Shown: positions 31,697-43,230 of the stretch, piece after piece | How the letters are laid out: the number at the start of each line of letters is the position of its first letter | Numbering within the stretch: the first letter of the stretch is position 1 | Source: Nitrospirota bacterium | GTDB lineage: Bacteria > Nitrospirota > UBA9217 | Assembly (NCBI GenBank): GCA_963751455.1 | Contig: CAVVUN010000015.1 | Coordinates: 736,001 to 800,000, forward strand | Reading direction: 5' to 3' | Length of the DNA stretch: 64,000 nucleotides | Program-made: the position numbers and the translations under genes | Notes under the pieces: generated by a model | The model's input: only the letters and a program-made list of their open reading frames with translations | Databases searched by the model: none | What the model was told of the DNA's origin: nothing

Positions 31697-31913
31697 ATGA
31701 AAAAGTTTTTGTTTAAAGTGGAAGAAAAATTTTGCGATGAGTGCTCCCTTGCCTTGAGAAGATTTATTGGACATATGGAAGGAATAGAGTCCATTGATGT
31801 CGAGGACAGGAAAATCGCCGTTGTCTTCGACGCCGCAAAGATGACGGATGAAGCACTGGCCAGGATCACTAAGGGACAGCTTGGAGAAACTGGGGCATAA
31901 ACTCATTGCATAG
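31697..31913 (+). CDS. HMA-type metal chaperone (frameshift near 31873)
   Basis: FCDECS CxxC, GIESIDV; natural end DSLEKLGHKLIA in adjacent frame. Confidence 0.7.
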
Positions 31914-32106
31914 TGCATTTTATAAAACCTCGACGCCAGTACCAACTCTTTTGTGAATTATGTGCATTTTGTGGCTATAGAGCAAAGCCTTTAGAGAGGG
32001 AGGGAGACAGAGAAGTCTTATAAGAGTTTTTATTTCAAGATATTCTCTGTGTTCTCAGTGATCTCTGTGGCAAAAGATTTTGACAATACATAGTTAGGAG
32101 AAAGCC

Positions 32107-32678
32107 ATGAAATTTGTCACACGCGCGATTTTCATATTTGGAATCACCGTTCTGCCGTTAGGCGGGTGCATGATGGGGATGCACGGAATGGACCACGAAC
32201 CTTCCCGTCAACAACCCGCGAAATCGACTGAAAAGGAGTTTGCTGATAAGGACATAACCCTTACCCTTGACGTTTCACCCTTCATCATCGGAGAGGATGC
32301 AACTCTTACCCTGAAAGCCGAGCCGTCCAGCGCGGAACGCCCGTATCAAGGGCGAAAGTGACTTATCGTATAGCGCTTATCGAAAAAACCGGCGCCGAGC
32401 ATATGCAGGATCACGTTAGCGCAACAGATGAGCGTGAAGCACATGAGATCGCGGGGAAAGGCGTCTATCAATTGAGATATCATGTCCATGAAGGCGGCAT
32501 CTATAAAATAACAGCCCGGCTAAGGATGGAAGGGAGCGCTGAAGCGGCAGCGCCGCTGTCCGTGTCTCTGACCCAGGAAACCGACCGCCATGGAAACCAT
32601 GATGAAACATCGAGAAATACCTGGATGGTAATCGGCGGAATAGGAATGGCGGCGATGATGGCGATCATGATTTTATGA
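32107..32678 (+). CDS. Met/His-rich lipoprotein, FixH/YtkA-like, C-terminal TM (frameshift ~32330)
   Basis: lipobox LGGC, MMGMHGMDH; two overlapping ORFs. Confidence 0.6.
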
Positions 32679-32868
32679 CCGGCGGGGAGAGCTTCAGGGA
32701 CCAAAAGGCAAAACACAGAAGCGTTTTCGCGCAAAGCCGCAAAGTCGCGAAGAAAAGCAGATCTTTTTTGGGGTTTTGAATTTAACATTCCAAAAATGTT
32801 GATTCTCTTTGCGCGTTTATGCGGCTCTGCGCGAGACAGGCCCAGGTAATTATGCTCGGAGGATAATA

Positions 32869-33466
32869 ATGAACCTCAGCCCGGTAGAGAGACTGATAGT
32901 CAATAATCCTCTGAGAGCGTTTATTCAGCGTCACGGGGAAGGGCCGATGCTGAGAAAGATGGGAGACCGCGAGAAATACCCTGTCTGCCTCGAAATCGGC
33001 TGCGGCAGGGGTGCTGGCGCCCGTGTTATCGCAGAGCAGTTCGGGGCTAAGAAAGTCATCGCCACGGACATAGACCCCAAGCAGATCGAAAGAGCGAAGA
33101 AAACCGTTAAGACGGAGTACAAGGGAGTGATCGAGTTCAAAGTGGAAGATGCCGGGGTCGCTGGAGGAACGGGACAATACATTCGATGCCGTTTTTTCGT
33201 TCGGGGTGATTCACCACCTGGAGGACTGGAAGAAGGGTATAAAAGAGGTTGCAAGAGTTTTAAAACCCGGCGGCGAGTTTTTTTTCGAGGAGCCTCTCAG
33301 GCCAGTCCTCAGAAATGTCTTCACGCGATTGTTCGCGCCCCATCCCCGAGGGGGAGAGTTTAACCATGAAGAGTTTCAAAATGAGCTAAAATTAAACAAC
33401 ATGGAGATACTCAATGTCAGACGCCTCTGGAACCTGGCAATATTCGGAGTCGGGAGGAAGAGATGA
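32869..33466 (+). CDS. class I SAM-dependent methyltransferase (frameshift ~33155)
   Basis: [11 protein letters not shown]; [12 protein letters not shown]...RVLKPGG. Confidence 0.85.
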
Positions 33467-35701
33467 AGAACGAAGCCCCAGTTTATACCTGCCCCATGCA
33501 CCCTGAGGTGCGACAAACAGAGCCGGGATCGTGTCCCAAGTGCGGTATGGCGCTCGAGCTTGCCGAGCCGCCGCCTGTCGCATCGAAAACCGAATGGACC
33601 TGTCCCATGCATCCCCAGATAATTCGCGACGCTCCCGGAAACTGCCCGATCTGCGGCATGGCTCTTGAGCCGCGGACAGTAACAGCCAAAGAGGAAGAAA
33701 ACCCTGAGCTTGTTTCGATGACCAGGCGTTTCTGGATAGGGGTTATCCTTTCCGTGCCGCTGGTGATCATCGCAATGCGGGCCTTGATTCCCGGCCTCAA
33801 CCTCGAAAACCTCGTTTCACATAAAATAATGACATGGATCGAACTGTTCCTCGCGACCCCGGTTGTTCTCTGGGGCGGCTGGCCTTTTTTCGTACGGATG
33901 TGGCAGTCGCTCGTAAACCGCAGCCCGAATATGTTCACGCTGATTGGGCTCGGAGTGGGCGTTGCCTACGCTTACAGTATCGTTGCTGTTCTGGCGCCCG
34001 GTCTTTTTCCCTCGTCTTTCCGGACTGCAGAGGGAGGCGTCGGCACGTACTTCGAGGCAGCAGCGGTGATCACCACCCTCGTGCTTCTCGGCCAGGTGCT
34101 TGAGCTACGGGCGCGGAGCAAGACAGGCGCTGCAATCAAAGCTCTTCTCGGCCTGGCACCGAAGACGGCGCGCCGCGTAAAGGATGGTACGGAGGAGGAC
34201 ATCCCTCTCGAACAGGTAACTCCGGGCGAGCTCCTTCGGGTGCGTCCAGGCGAGAAGATACCTGTTGACGGCGTGGTCGCGGAAGGCTCCAGTTCGGTGG
34301 ACGAGTCCATGATCACGGGAGAACCGATGCCCGTCGAGAAAAAGCAGGGAGACCGCGTTATCGGCGCTACCGTGAACGGCACGGGCTCGATCATAATGCG
34401 GGCCGAGAAAGTCGGCTCAGAAACCCTCCTGGCTCAAATAGTTCATATGGTGGCCGAGGCCCAGCGGAGCCGCGCACCGATCCAGAAGCTTGCGGACATC
34501 ATTGCAGGCTACTTCGTTCAGGTCGTGGTCGTCATCGCGGTCATCACCTTCATCGTCTGGGCTTGGATAGGCCCGGAACCGCGATTCGCATATGCCCTTG
34601 TAAACGCGGTGGCTGTTTTGATCATAGCCTGCCCTTGCGCCCTGGGCCTTGCCACCCCCATGTCCATCATGGTCGCAATGGGCAAAGGCGCGACCGGAGG
34701 TGTGCTGTTCAAGAATGCAGAGGCCATCGAGGTGATGAGGAAGGTGGACACGCTCGTTGTCGACAAGACGGGAACGCTTACCCTGGGCAAACCGAAGCTC
34801 GTTGAAGTAGTCTCCTTGGACGGTCTGGATGAAAAATCCCTTCTTCATTTTGCGGCTAGCATCGAGCGCGGCAGCGAACATCCGCTTGCAGCAGCGATCG
34901 TGGCAGGCGCTCAGGAAAAGAGGCGCCACTCTGTCTAATGCCGAGTCCTTCGATTCAAAGACCGGAAGGGGGGTTATGGGAAAAGTTGAGGGCCATGACG
35001 TGGCGCTCGGCAATCGGCAGCTGCTGGAGGAACTCCGCGTCGATCCGGGGCCGTTGTCCGAAAAGGCCGAGGTATTGCGCAAGGAAGGCAAGACTGTAAT
35101 GTTCGTTGCCGTGGATAATAAGCCGGCTGGACTCGTGGGCGTAGCTGATCCGATCAAGGAAACAACGCCTGATGCAGTCAGGTTTCTGCACGATGAAGGC
35201 ATCCGCATTGTGATGCTGACCGGGGACAACCGGCGGACCGCGGAAGTTGTGGCTAAGAAACTTGGCGTCGACGAAGTCATTGCGGAGGTCCTGCCGAACC
35301 AGAAGGCCGAGGTTGTAAAGCGGTTACAGGGCGAAGGGAGATTCGTGGCAATGGCGGGTGACGGCATCAATGACGCGCCGGCGCTTGCGCAGGCGCAGGT
35401 GGGCATTGCCATGGGCACCGGCACGGATGTCGCAATGGAAAGCGCCGGGGTAACGCTTGTAAAAGGGGACCTTCGCGGGATACTCCGTGCGCGGCTCCTC
35501 TCACGAGCCACGATGAAGAACATCAAGCAGAACCTTTTCTTCGCCTTTGTATACAACGCACTCGGCGTCCCGATTGCTGCCGGAGTGCTCTATCCGTTCC
35601 TCGGCATTTTGCTCAGCCCGATTTTTGCCGCAGCGGCAATGAGCTTCAGTTCAGTGTCCGTCATCGGGAACGCGCTCCGGCTGCGGGGGGCGAAGATATA
35701 G
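33463..35701 (+). CDS. copA: Cu(I)-translocating P1B ATPase (frameshift ~34918)
   Basis: two CPMHP...CP.CGM.L domains, [32 protein letters not shown] and MSFSS. Confidence 0.92.
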
Positions 35702-35717
35702 GGAGGACGATGTCATC

Positions 35718-36446
35718 ATGGAAAAAACCGCCCGGGTTTGCAAACATTGCGGCGCCCCGATTCAGGGAAACAGTTATATCAAGAAGGAAGCCGGGCTCTT
35801 TCTGGGCGAGGAATGTTATTTCCGCGACACCTTCCTCGACGGCATTGTCGCTGAAATAGAGGCAACCTATCTTGCGACGATAGAGGCCTTCGTGAGCGCC
35901 ATCGATGCCAAGGAACATGAAGTGGGAAACCACTCCCTGCGAGTAACTCAGTTCGCCGTGATGATAGGAAATAAATATGGTATCCAGGGAAGCGACCTCG
36001 TTGATCTCTACTGTGGAGCCCTGCTTCACGACCTCGGCAAGATCGGTATACCTGATGCGGTGCTCTTAAAGAAAGGTCGGCTCGATGCGGAAGAGCTGGC
36101 GATCATGCGCGGGCATCCTGAGATCGGGTACACGATTATAAATCATATTGGATATCTTTCAAAAGCGGCGGAGATCATACGGGCGCATCATGAACACTTT
36201 GACGGTTCAGGATATCCGCGCGGCCTCCAGGGCGCCGAGATACCCTCGGGAGCGAGAGTTTTTGCGGTAGCGGACACACTCGACGCTCTTACGGTAAAGA
36301 GGCCATATAGAGATCCTGTCTCCTATGAGGAGGCCAAGAGGGATATTCTGGCAGCCTCGGGAAAGCTTTTTGACCCGTCGGTGGTTGATGCGTTCATGAA
36401 AGCATCGGATGAACTGAAGGATTTCATCGGCAAGATAATACTCTAA
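35718..36446 (+). CDS. HD-GYP phosphodiesterase with N-terminal Cys motif
   Basis: CKHC...C; HDLGKIG, HHEHFDGSGYP. Confidence 0.9.
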   Translation: MEKTARVCKHCGAPIQGNSYIKKEAGLFLGEECYFRDTFLDGIVAEIEATYLATIEAFVSAIDAKEHEVGNHSLRVTQFAVMIGNKYGIQGSDLVDLYCGALLHDLGKIGIPDAVLLKKGRLDAEELAIMRGHPEIGYTIINHIGYLSKAAEIIRAHHEHFDGSGYPRGLQGAEIPSGARVFAVADTLDALTVKRPYRDPVSYEEAKRDILAASGKLFDPSVVDAFMKASDELKDFIGKIIL

Positions 36447-36500
36447 AGAATGAACCCGCTTATCGCACCGGCGATGGGGCTTAAAGCAGCGGAGGTAGAC

Positions 36501-36719
36501 ATGATGAGAAAAAAAATCTTTCTTTCGGCGGCGTTGCTGCCCCTCGTTGTCGTGGCTGTCCTTGCCATATTCGGCGCCAAGCTGAACGTCTGGGTCTATA
36601 TTGTGCTTGCCGTTGTCTGTCCTCTTGTTGCCGGCCTAATATGTTTCATCTATAAAGATATTGAGAAAAAGATGGAGACTTTCGAGAAAGAAGCGGGGTG
36701 GCGGAATAAAAGCAGGTGA
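36501..36719 (+). CDS. small two-TM membrane protein
   Basis: GGAGG RBS; hydrophobic helices with CPL motif. Confidence 0.6.
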   Translation: MMRKKIFLSAALLPLVVVAVLAIFGAKLNVWVYIVLAVVCPLVAGLICFIYKDIEKKMETFEKEAGWRNKSR

Positions 36720-36778
36720 AAAAAATCCTCTCTGTATCTTCGGCAGCGACATCCGGCAGCGCCCTCCATGGCGGTTCC

Positions 36779-36905
36779 TGTATTAAATACTACATTATTT
36801 AGAGCAAGGGATAAATATGGCGATGTCGTTTTATACCGTCCAATTTAGTAACTTCTTGAAATTAGGGCTAATTCTGTTGAGGACGCTTCTGGTCCGCGCC
36901 TTGCA
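36779..36905 (+). promoter_or_regulatory. activator box (36779-36794) and sigma54 promoter (36889-36905)
   Basis: TGTATTAAATACTACA; CTGGTCCGCGCCTTGCA GG-N10-GC. Confidence 0.7.
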
Positions 36906-36933
36906 ATTTAACTTATTCAAAAGGAGGCGCGAA

Positions 36934-37446
36934 ATGAAAAAAATCCTAGGTTTAGAATTGCTGATAATGGCCGCTATCTGGATGATCTCTTATTCCCCGG
37001 GTTTTAACCATAACGTCGCCACAGCGGAAGCCGCAGATGCAAATGCTGTAAAAGAGACGATGCGGCCGGGCAAACAGATCAGGCAGATAGGCCTGAAGGG
37101 GTACACGTTGACGTACCATCTTCTGGATTTATCGGAACGGGGCGAAATGGTGAAGATGATGGGACACCACTCCGTCTTAGGCTTGAGCAAGAGGCCCGAT
37201 GTGACGAATCACCTTATGGTCTACGTCCAGAAACCCGACGGGAAGATAGTGCCCGGTGAAGTCGCATATCTGTTGACAGGCCCTGACGGAAAGGATTTCA
37301 GGACAATGACCATGGGAATGTATGGCGGTAATGGAGCGGACGTAATCATGAAGCTCAAAGGGGTATATACGATCAGGGCAAAAATCATTCTAGAAGGCAC
37401 GGATGCCGTCAAGCTTGATGATGAATTTACATTCCAGGTGAAGTGA
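36934..37446 (+). CDS. exported Met-containing hypothetical protein
   Basis: AGGAGG RBS, signal peptide, THHL-like NHLMV and MGM.GG.GAD motifs. Confidence 0.7.
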   Translation: MKKILGLELLIMAAIWMISYSPGFNHNVATAEAADANAVKETMRPGKQIRQIGLKGYTLTYHLLDLSERGEMVKMMGHHSVLGLSKRPDVTNHLMVYVQKPDGKIVPGEVAYLLTGPDGKDFRTMTMGMYGGNGADVIMKLKGVYTIRAKIILEGTDAVKLDDEFTFQVK

Positions 37447-37458
37447 CGCGATGGGGTT

Positions 37459-38199
37459 TTGCATGATTGGAAAAAGACGTATTACTTGATCACAATTGCG
37501 GCTTCCACTGGGTTCATCACTTACCTCCATTATTCCGCCGTGCCGGGGCTTCACGCCCTTCATGATCTTTATCTGGAGTTTTACTATCTTCCGATTCTGC
37601 TCGGAGCGCTTGCATTCGGCTTGAAAGGCTCGCTGCTGACCTTCCTTCTCATTTTTGCGCTCTATCTCCCCCATGCGTTCATGATCTGGACGGGAACATT
37701 CCTGCTCGAAGCGAATAAATTTCTGCACCTTCTGCTTCAGGGTTTATTCGCCGTATTTGCCGGTTATCTTATCGACCGCGAACGCCGGCAACGGGAACTG
37801 ATGGAAAGGGAAAGGTATATTTCCGAAATAGGCCGGATTGCGTCTGAAATCGTGCATGATTTAAAAAGCCCGCTTATTGCGATACCGGGTTTCGCTGAAC
37901 GCATCAGGGAGGGCAAAGGAAAGACGGATACGGCGATGCAGGTGATAATCAATTCCGCCGAACAGATGCAAAATATCGTAAACAGCGTGCTTGATTTCGG
38001 CAAGCCGGTCCGGCTTGCGCCTGCACAGGAAAATATAATCAACGTCATCAGGCGCGCGAGCGATGTCTGCGGGATAAAGGCGGAACAAAAAGGCGTGCCG
38101 ATCTCGGTCGACCTTCCTCCTCATGTATTCAATATGATAGGGACCGAGGTAACGATAGAATTGCCGTATAAGCCGGGAATAAAGCCCACAACCGACTGA
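37459..38199 (+). pseudogene. membrane histidine kinase missing most of the HATPase domain
   Basis: 4 TM helices, IVHDLKSPL H-box; jumps to GTEVTIELP with no N/G boxes. Confidence 0.7.
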
Positions 38200-38272
38200 A
38201 AATCTGGTATTATTGCGTATTAAAGACCGTATGTTCAGCCGGAAAGGGCAACACGGAAAATGCAAGGGGCTC

Positions 38273-39433
38273 ATGAATTCATTTAAAGTTAAGCTCGGGA
38301 TAGGGATCATGGTCTTGATCGCGGCGTTCATTTCCTCGCAGGTCATGTACCGGAGAAACGTTACGGTCCTTCACGATTACCTGTCGGGCGCTCTCAGCCT
38401 GGCAGAGGAAATGCACAATGCCGAGACGTTTCATTCCTCAATGCACAGCATGCTCATCTATGCGCGCCTTTTTATAAAAAACAATCGAGATTTTGAACGG
38501 GAAGAATATGCGCAGTACAAAAAAGAGGCAAATGGCGCTTTGGAACGGCTCAAACAGCACAATGTAAAAACGGCAAGCTTGGACAGTAACAAGAGCACTC
38601 CGTGTTTGATAAGCGGGGAGTTGCTCGATGCCGTCACCGCTCGTTTTACATCACTGGAAAAATCCTCCGATGCCGTAGTGATCGAGGGAAGCACGACCCC
38701 TGAAAGCTCTCTGGCGAAAGCTAAAATGATCTTTGACGACATCTTTCATAACTATTATATGAAACTTCATGAAAACCATGATATGCAGATCAGCAGGATG
38801 CGGGAGTCGGCCCATAAAGTCAAAGCAATAACGGACTTTTATTTCGCGGCCCAATTGTTTTTCGCCCTTCTTGCCGGCGCGGGTGTGCTGTTCTATATAG
38901 ACAACGTGGTTCTGAAAATGCACGCGGTGACGGAGCGATATGCATTGACGGATTCCCTTACCTCGCTTCACAACAGACGGCATCTCGAGAAATACCTTCC
39001 GGAAGAGATAATGCGCTCAGCGAGATACAAGAGACCGTTCTCGCTTGCCTTGATCGATATCGACAACTTCAAGGCATTCAACGATAACTACGGTCATCCG
39101 GCGGGCGACAAGCTGCTTAAGAACCTCGCCTGCATTATGCAGAGCTCCGTCAGGAAGACGGACATGGTGGCCCGTTACGGAGGAGAGGAATTTATTATTG
39201 TTTTCCCCGAGCTTGATAAAACAACGGCAATCAAGGTCGCCGAAAAAATACGCCTCGCTGTTGCGTCTCATGCGCTCTCGATGCCCGATTTAGAGCCCTA
39301 TCCCTCGGTATCGATAAGCATCGGCCTCGCTGTCTTTCCGGAAGACGGAAATACGGTCGACGATATTGTAAAAAAAGCGGACATCATGCTCTACAAGGCG
39401 AAAAACGAAGGCAAGAACAGAGTAATGGCCTGA
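38273..39433 (+). CDS. membrane diguanylate cyclase
   Basis: 2 TM helices; D.LT.L.NRR, DIDNFK..ND.YGH, RKTD I-site, RYGGEEF. Confidence 0.92.
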   Translation: MNSFKVKLGIGIMVLIAAFISSQVMYRRNVTVLHDYLSGALSLAEEMHNAETFHSSMHSMLIYARLFIKNNRDFEREEYAQYKKEANGALERLKQHNVKTASLDSNKSTPCLISGELLDAVTARFTSLEKSSDAVVIEGSTTPESSLAKAKMIFDDIFHNYYMKLHENHDMQISRMRESAHKVKAITDFYFAAQLFFALLAGAGVLFYIDNVVLKMHAVTERYALTDSLTSLHNRRHLEKYLPEEIMRSARYKRPFSLALIDIDNFKAFNDNYGHPAGDKLLKNLACIMQSSVRKTDMVARYGGEEFIIVFPELDKTTAIKVAEKIRLAVASHALSMPDLEPYPSVSISIGLAVFPEDGNTVDDIVKKADIMLYKAKNEGKNRVMA

Positions 39434-39605
39434 ATCTTTCCTTCGTCGCCGAGAATACCTTTGCGATGTGTAGGGGTTCGTTCACAAAGAAATATGGGAA
39501 CTGTGACGAGCATGTTACTGGCCATCTTCGGAAGGGCTGCTTGCCGGCAATTCGAACAGCTGATGGTGGTCCCAAAGGCTGCGGCATGAGGCGTTATGGA
39601 AGGAA

Positions 39606-40013
39606 ATGGAAAACATGAAGAAGACTAGCATGGTAATAGCGTTTTTTTTGCTCCTGCCTTTACAGGCATTTCCTGCGCAAACATCCGAGCATGCGTCTCA
39701 TCCCCATGTGCATAAGAAGTACGCTCAATTGAAAAATCCTGTCCCTCCGACCAATGAGTCATTCCAAAAGGGAAGGGAGATTTTTGAAAAGCAATGCATC
39801 GCCTGCCACGGCAAGGACACAAGAGGCGGCATCGGTCCCGAGCTCACGGACGAACAATGGATTCACGGTTCCAGTGACGGAGAGATATTTCATGTTATTT
39901 CCGCCGGTGTGGCAAGCACCGCTATGAAAGGGTACAAGGACGAGTTGTCTGACGAAATGCGGTGGCATCTGGTGAATTACATCCGGAGCATTGGGAAAAA
40001 ACGAAGCAAATGA
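39606..40013 (+). CDS. monoheme c-type cytochrome
   Basis: signal peptide, CIACHG, GP.LTD..WIHG, distal Met. Confidence 0.9.
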   Translation: MENMKKTSMVIAFFLLLPLQAFPAQTSEHASHPHVHKKYAQLKNPVPPTNESFQKGREIFEKQCIACHGKDTRGGIGPELTDEQWIHGSSDGEIFHVISAGVASTAMKGYKDELSDEMRWHLVNYIRSIGKKRSK

Positions 40014-41273
40014 ACGTACGCGGCGTACACAGAAAATTGATAGCGCGACTCGCGGTCGGATGGTTCGTTCTTTCCGCTGCTATCGGCGTTGTTGTCTTTA
40101 TCCTGGAAATAAGGAAGGTGGATGAATTCGTGGTCGACCTCGCCTTCTCGGAATCGAAGTCGTTTACGAAAGACGAGGAAGACCGGATCAACAATCCTGA
40201 TCCTGAGCATCGCGCGATTCTTCTTGCGAAAAGCAAGGAACATATAGCCATGGGTCATTTCATCGTCGTCCATTTGTACGGCAGGGACGGCCGGAAGATT
40301 CTTTCCGTCAGTCAACCGGGAAGAGAACTTATCGAGGTTCTGAACCCTTACCCCTCAACATTCAAGCCCGATACCGCCGATTACCGGACATTTTACCTGG
40401 ACGGGTATCCGGCAGTGCATGTTTCCGTGCCGCTTATGCAAAGGGCAGGCGAAATCAGTGGGCGTTTTGAAGGCGTTTACCTGACGGACCCGAAGACGGC
40501 ATCCGCCATGAAAGGACGTGTAGCATCCTCACTTGTGCAGACATCGGTTGTAGTCCTGCTTGCTACGGTCCTGCTCTATCCCGTCATCATTTCCCTGAAT
40601 CGGAACCTGCTGAAGTCGAGTGTGGATTTATCAAGGGCGAACATCGGAATGCTCAAAGTGCTCGGCAGCGCGGTGGCCAAACGGGACAGCGATACGAACA
40701 GTCATAACTACCGGGTAACCTTGTATGCCGTCAGCCTAGCTGAAGCGATTGGTATATCCAGCGATGAGATACGGAAACTGATGAAAGGAGCTTTTCTGCA
40801 CGACCTTGGCAAGATCGGCGTCAGCGATGCAATCCTGCTCAAGCCCGGTAAACTCAGTCCGGAGGAGTTTGAAATCATAAAAACGCACCCCCCGGCACGG
40901 CGCGGAGATCATCGGCAGGTATGCCTGGCTGCAGGATGCAATGGATGTGGTGAAACATCATCATGAGAAATTCAACGGCACGGGATATCCTGCGGGATTG
41001 ACAGGAAATGCAATTCCGCTGTCGGCACGCATATTTACGATCGCGGACGTGTTCGACGCGCTCACCTCGAGACGGCCTTATAAGGCCCCGCTGCCGTTCA
41101 AGGAAGCGATGACGGTCCTCGAACTGGAGTCCGGAGAGTTTCACGACCCCGGATTGCTCGCCGCGTTCCGTGTGCAGGCTGAAGCCCTTCACCGGGAAAT
41201 CGGCAGTGCCGATGACGCTGTGCTGGAAAAAATGCTGGACGAGCTAATCAGAAAATATTTTCCCGAAGGGTGA
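40010..41273 (+). CDS. membrane HD-GYP phosphodiesterase (frameshift in C-run ~40890)
   Basis: 2 TM, HDLGKIG; HHEKFNGTGYP in second frame. Confidence 0.88.
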
Positions 41274-41605
41274 CGTGGCTGTCATCGCCGATGGAGTCGT
41301 TCGGAGATGACAAACCATTTACATAGCCAATGGGAAAGAAGCCGTACCGGAATTTAAACAAAAGACTTGACACCCCTCAAACAACTAAAGTATTATTAAA
41401 AAAAATCGATAAGATAGATAACAGAATGAATAAATGCATATATGATTATCGTCCTGAAATAAGGATTGGCCGCGCGTTAACGCCCCGCATGCGGAATTAA
41501 ACTATAGAGAGGAGGTTAAGCAAACAGACGGTAAATACCAGCAAGCGGCCTCTTTTCCAGCAAGAAGAGAACTAACATCCGGATCAAACATTATTGACAC
41601 ATCAA

Positions 41606-42034
41606 ATGAAAAAGGAGGAACATAAATTGAAAATCATTTCTCTAAGTGCGTTTGTGATGTTTCTGGGCTTAAGCTTAATCTCTGCAAGAAGCAGCATGGC
41701 GGAAAATCCCGTGACTCATCCCGGGCCGATGGATCATGACACGGGTAAAATCGAAACGGATTCCAAAGCATCCCCCGACGGGTCAGGAGTGAAGCCATCA
41801 AGCGATAAGAAAAAGGCGAAAAGCAAGGGCAGCGTGAATCCCGCGACCCATTCCGGCCCGATGTATCATGACACTGGTACTATTGAAACAGGTTCAACCG
41901 GATCTCACGACGGGTCAGGAGCAAAGCCATCAAGCGATAAGAAAAAGGCGAAAAGCAAGGGCAGCGTGAATCCCGCGACCCATTCAGGGCCGATGGATCA
42001 TGACACAGGTACTATCGAAACGGCTCCCAAATGA
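41606..42034 (+). CDS. secreted protein with three His/Met repeats
   Basis: signal peptide ending SMA; NPxTHxGPMxHDTGxIET three times; start may be TTG at 41627. Confidence 0.7.
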   Translation: MKKEEHKLKIISLSAFVMFLGLSLISARSSMAENPVTHPGPMDHDTGKIETDSKASPDGSGVKPSSDKKKAKSKGSVNPATHSGPMYHDTGTIETGSTGSHDGSGAKPSSDKKKAKSKGSVNPATHSGPMDHDTGTIETAPK

Positions 42035-42118
42035 ATCGCACGTCTAATCAGGAGTGCAGCCTCAAGGGCAGTATAGTGATATGACGCTCCTTATTGACAT
42101 CTCCCTAAAAATTGATCT

Positions 42119-42148
42119 AAAGCAGGCTGACCTTCAGCCTGCTTTTTT
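42119..42148 (+). terminator. rho-independent terminator
   Basis: AAAGCAGGCTGA/TCAGCCTGCTTT hairpin with T-tract. Confidence 0.7.
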
Positions 42149-42537
42149 ATGATGTGTATCCGGCAGGACGCACAGGAAAACTCAGTATTAAACGGAATTA
42201 TTCTGGCATAGCGATTGCGGCTCGTATAAGTAAAAATAGTTTACTAACATCTTCATCGGGGAGGCGTCACAACCGCCTCCCTCTCCCTCGGGGGAGCGGA
42301 ATAATCGGCCGCTCCCCCTTTTTTAGCGGCATAATCATGATATTCTCTGTCTTTAGAAAATGCACTCATCCGTCCACTCCTCTTCTTTCCTACTAATGAT
42401 CACTGTGTTCGTTTACAGACCCCTTGATTCAATCGATTAATTGTCGTAATATGACTTTAGTGCTAATTGGGTGCTGTCACTCAGAGGCCTATCGGAAAGG
42501 AACATCCGGGGATGTTCAAGGCGCAGAGTATTGAACG

Positions 42538-43167
42538 ATGAAACAGACCGTGATACTGATGATAGTTATGTTCATGCCCTGCATTGCTATGTCGGGTGAA
42601 AACCGGACCGACCACGATAAAGTACATGCAAGTACCGGCCATAAGAAAAAAAATAACGTGCTTTCACCGCTTCATACCGAGAAATATGAATACTACGAGG
42701 TTTGCGGATGCTGCGAAAAGGATCTGCAGTGTGAGATGTCTGACAAGGCCATCAGGTGGAAGGATGGGAACAGGTACGACTCAGTAACAAACTGGAAAGT
42801 GAAATGGGATTATGATTACAATCGTGGTCCGGAGACATGTTTTGCTGATTCCTTCAGGGTGAATATCGATATAATCTTTCATCTCCCCAAATGGGTTTGC
42901 AGCCATGCCCCTCAGTCCCTGCTCGACAGATGGGATAACTATATAAAGAAATTAATTTCGCATGAAAATGAACATCGCGACCTGGCATTGGGCGCCGCGG
43001 CTGATCTTACCCGCACAGTCGCCGAATTGCCACCTGTTCGTACATGCGCGGAGCTGGATCGGAAAATAAACGACCTGTGCCATGAACGAATGCAGAAACT
43101 CGATGAGGATCAGAAAGCGTATGATGAAACCACAAGCCATGGTTTCAAGGAGTTGTCGTTTCCATAA
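42538..43167 (+). CDS. DUF922-like secreted zinc-dependent protease
   Basis: signal peptide, LPKW...W..Y...L..HENEH (HExxH), Q..YD..T.HG. Confidence 0.8.
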   Translation: MKQTVILMIVMFMPCIAMSGENRTDHDKVHASTGHKKKNNVLSPLHTEKYEYYEVCGCCEKDLQCEMSDKAIRWKDGNRYDSVTNWKVKWDYDYNRGPETCFADSFRVNIDIIFHLPKWVCSHAPQSLLDRWDNYIKKLISHENEHRDLALGAAADLTRTVAELPPVRTCAELDRKINDLCHERMQKLDEDQKAYDETTSHGFKELSFP

Positions 43168-43193
43168 TCGATCCTGAAGAGTACCGAAATTAT

Positions 43194-43220
43194 AAAAGCA
43201 GGCTGGAGGCCAGCCTGCTT
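43194..43220. terminator. terminator between convergent genes
   Basis: AAGCAGGCTGG/CCAGCCTGCTT hairpin. Confidence 0.6.
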
Positions 43221-43230
43221 GAATGAACTT

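Noticed and set aside
41400-41600. c-di-GMP or other riboswitch in long intergenic regions (also 42150-42400, 43620-43750)
   Set aside because: Hairpins are present but no recognisable consensus; needs an Infernal search.
41704-42022. Repeat-spacer pattern resembling a CRISPR array
   Set aside because: In-frame coding repeats with near-identical linkers; no cas genes.
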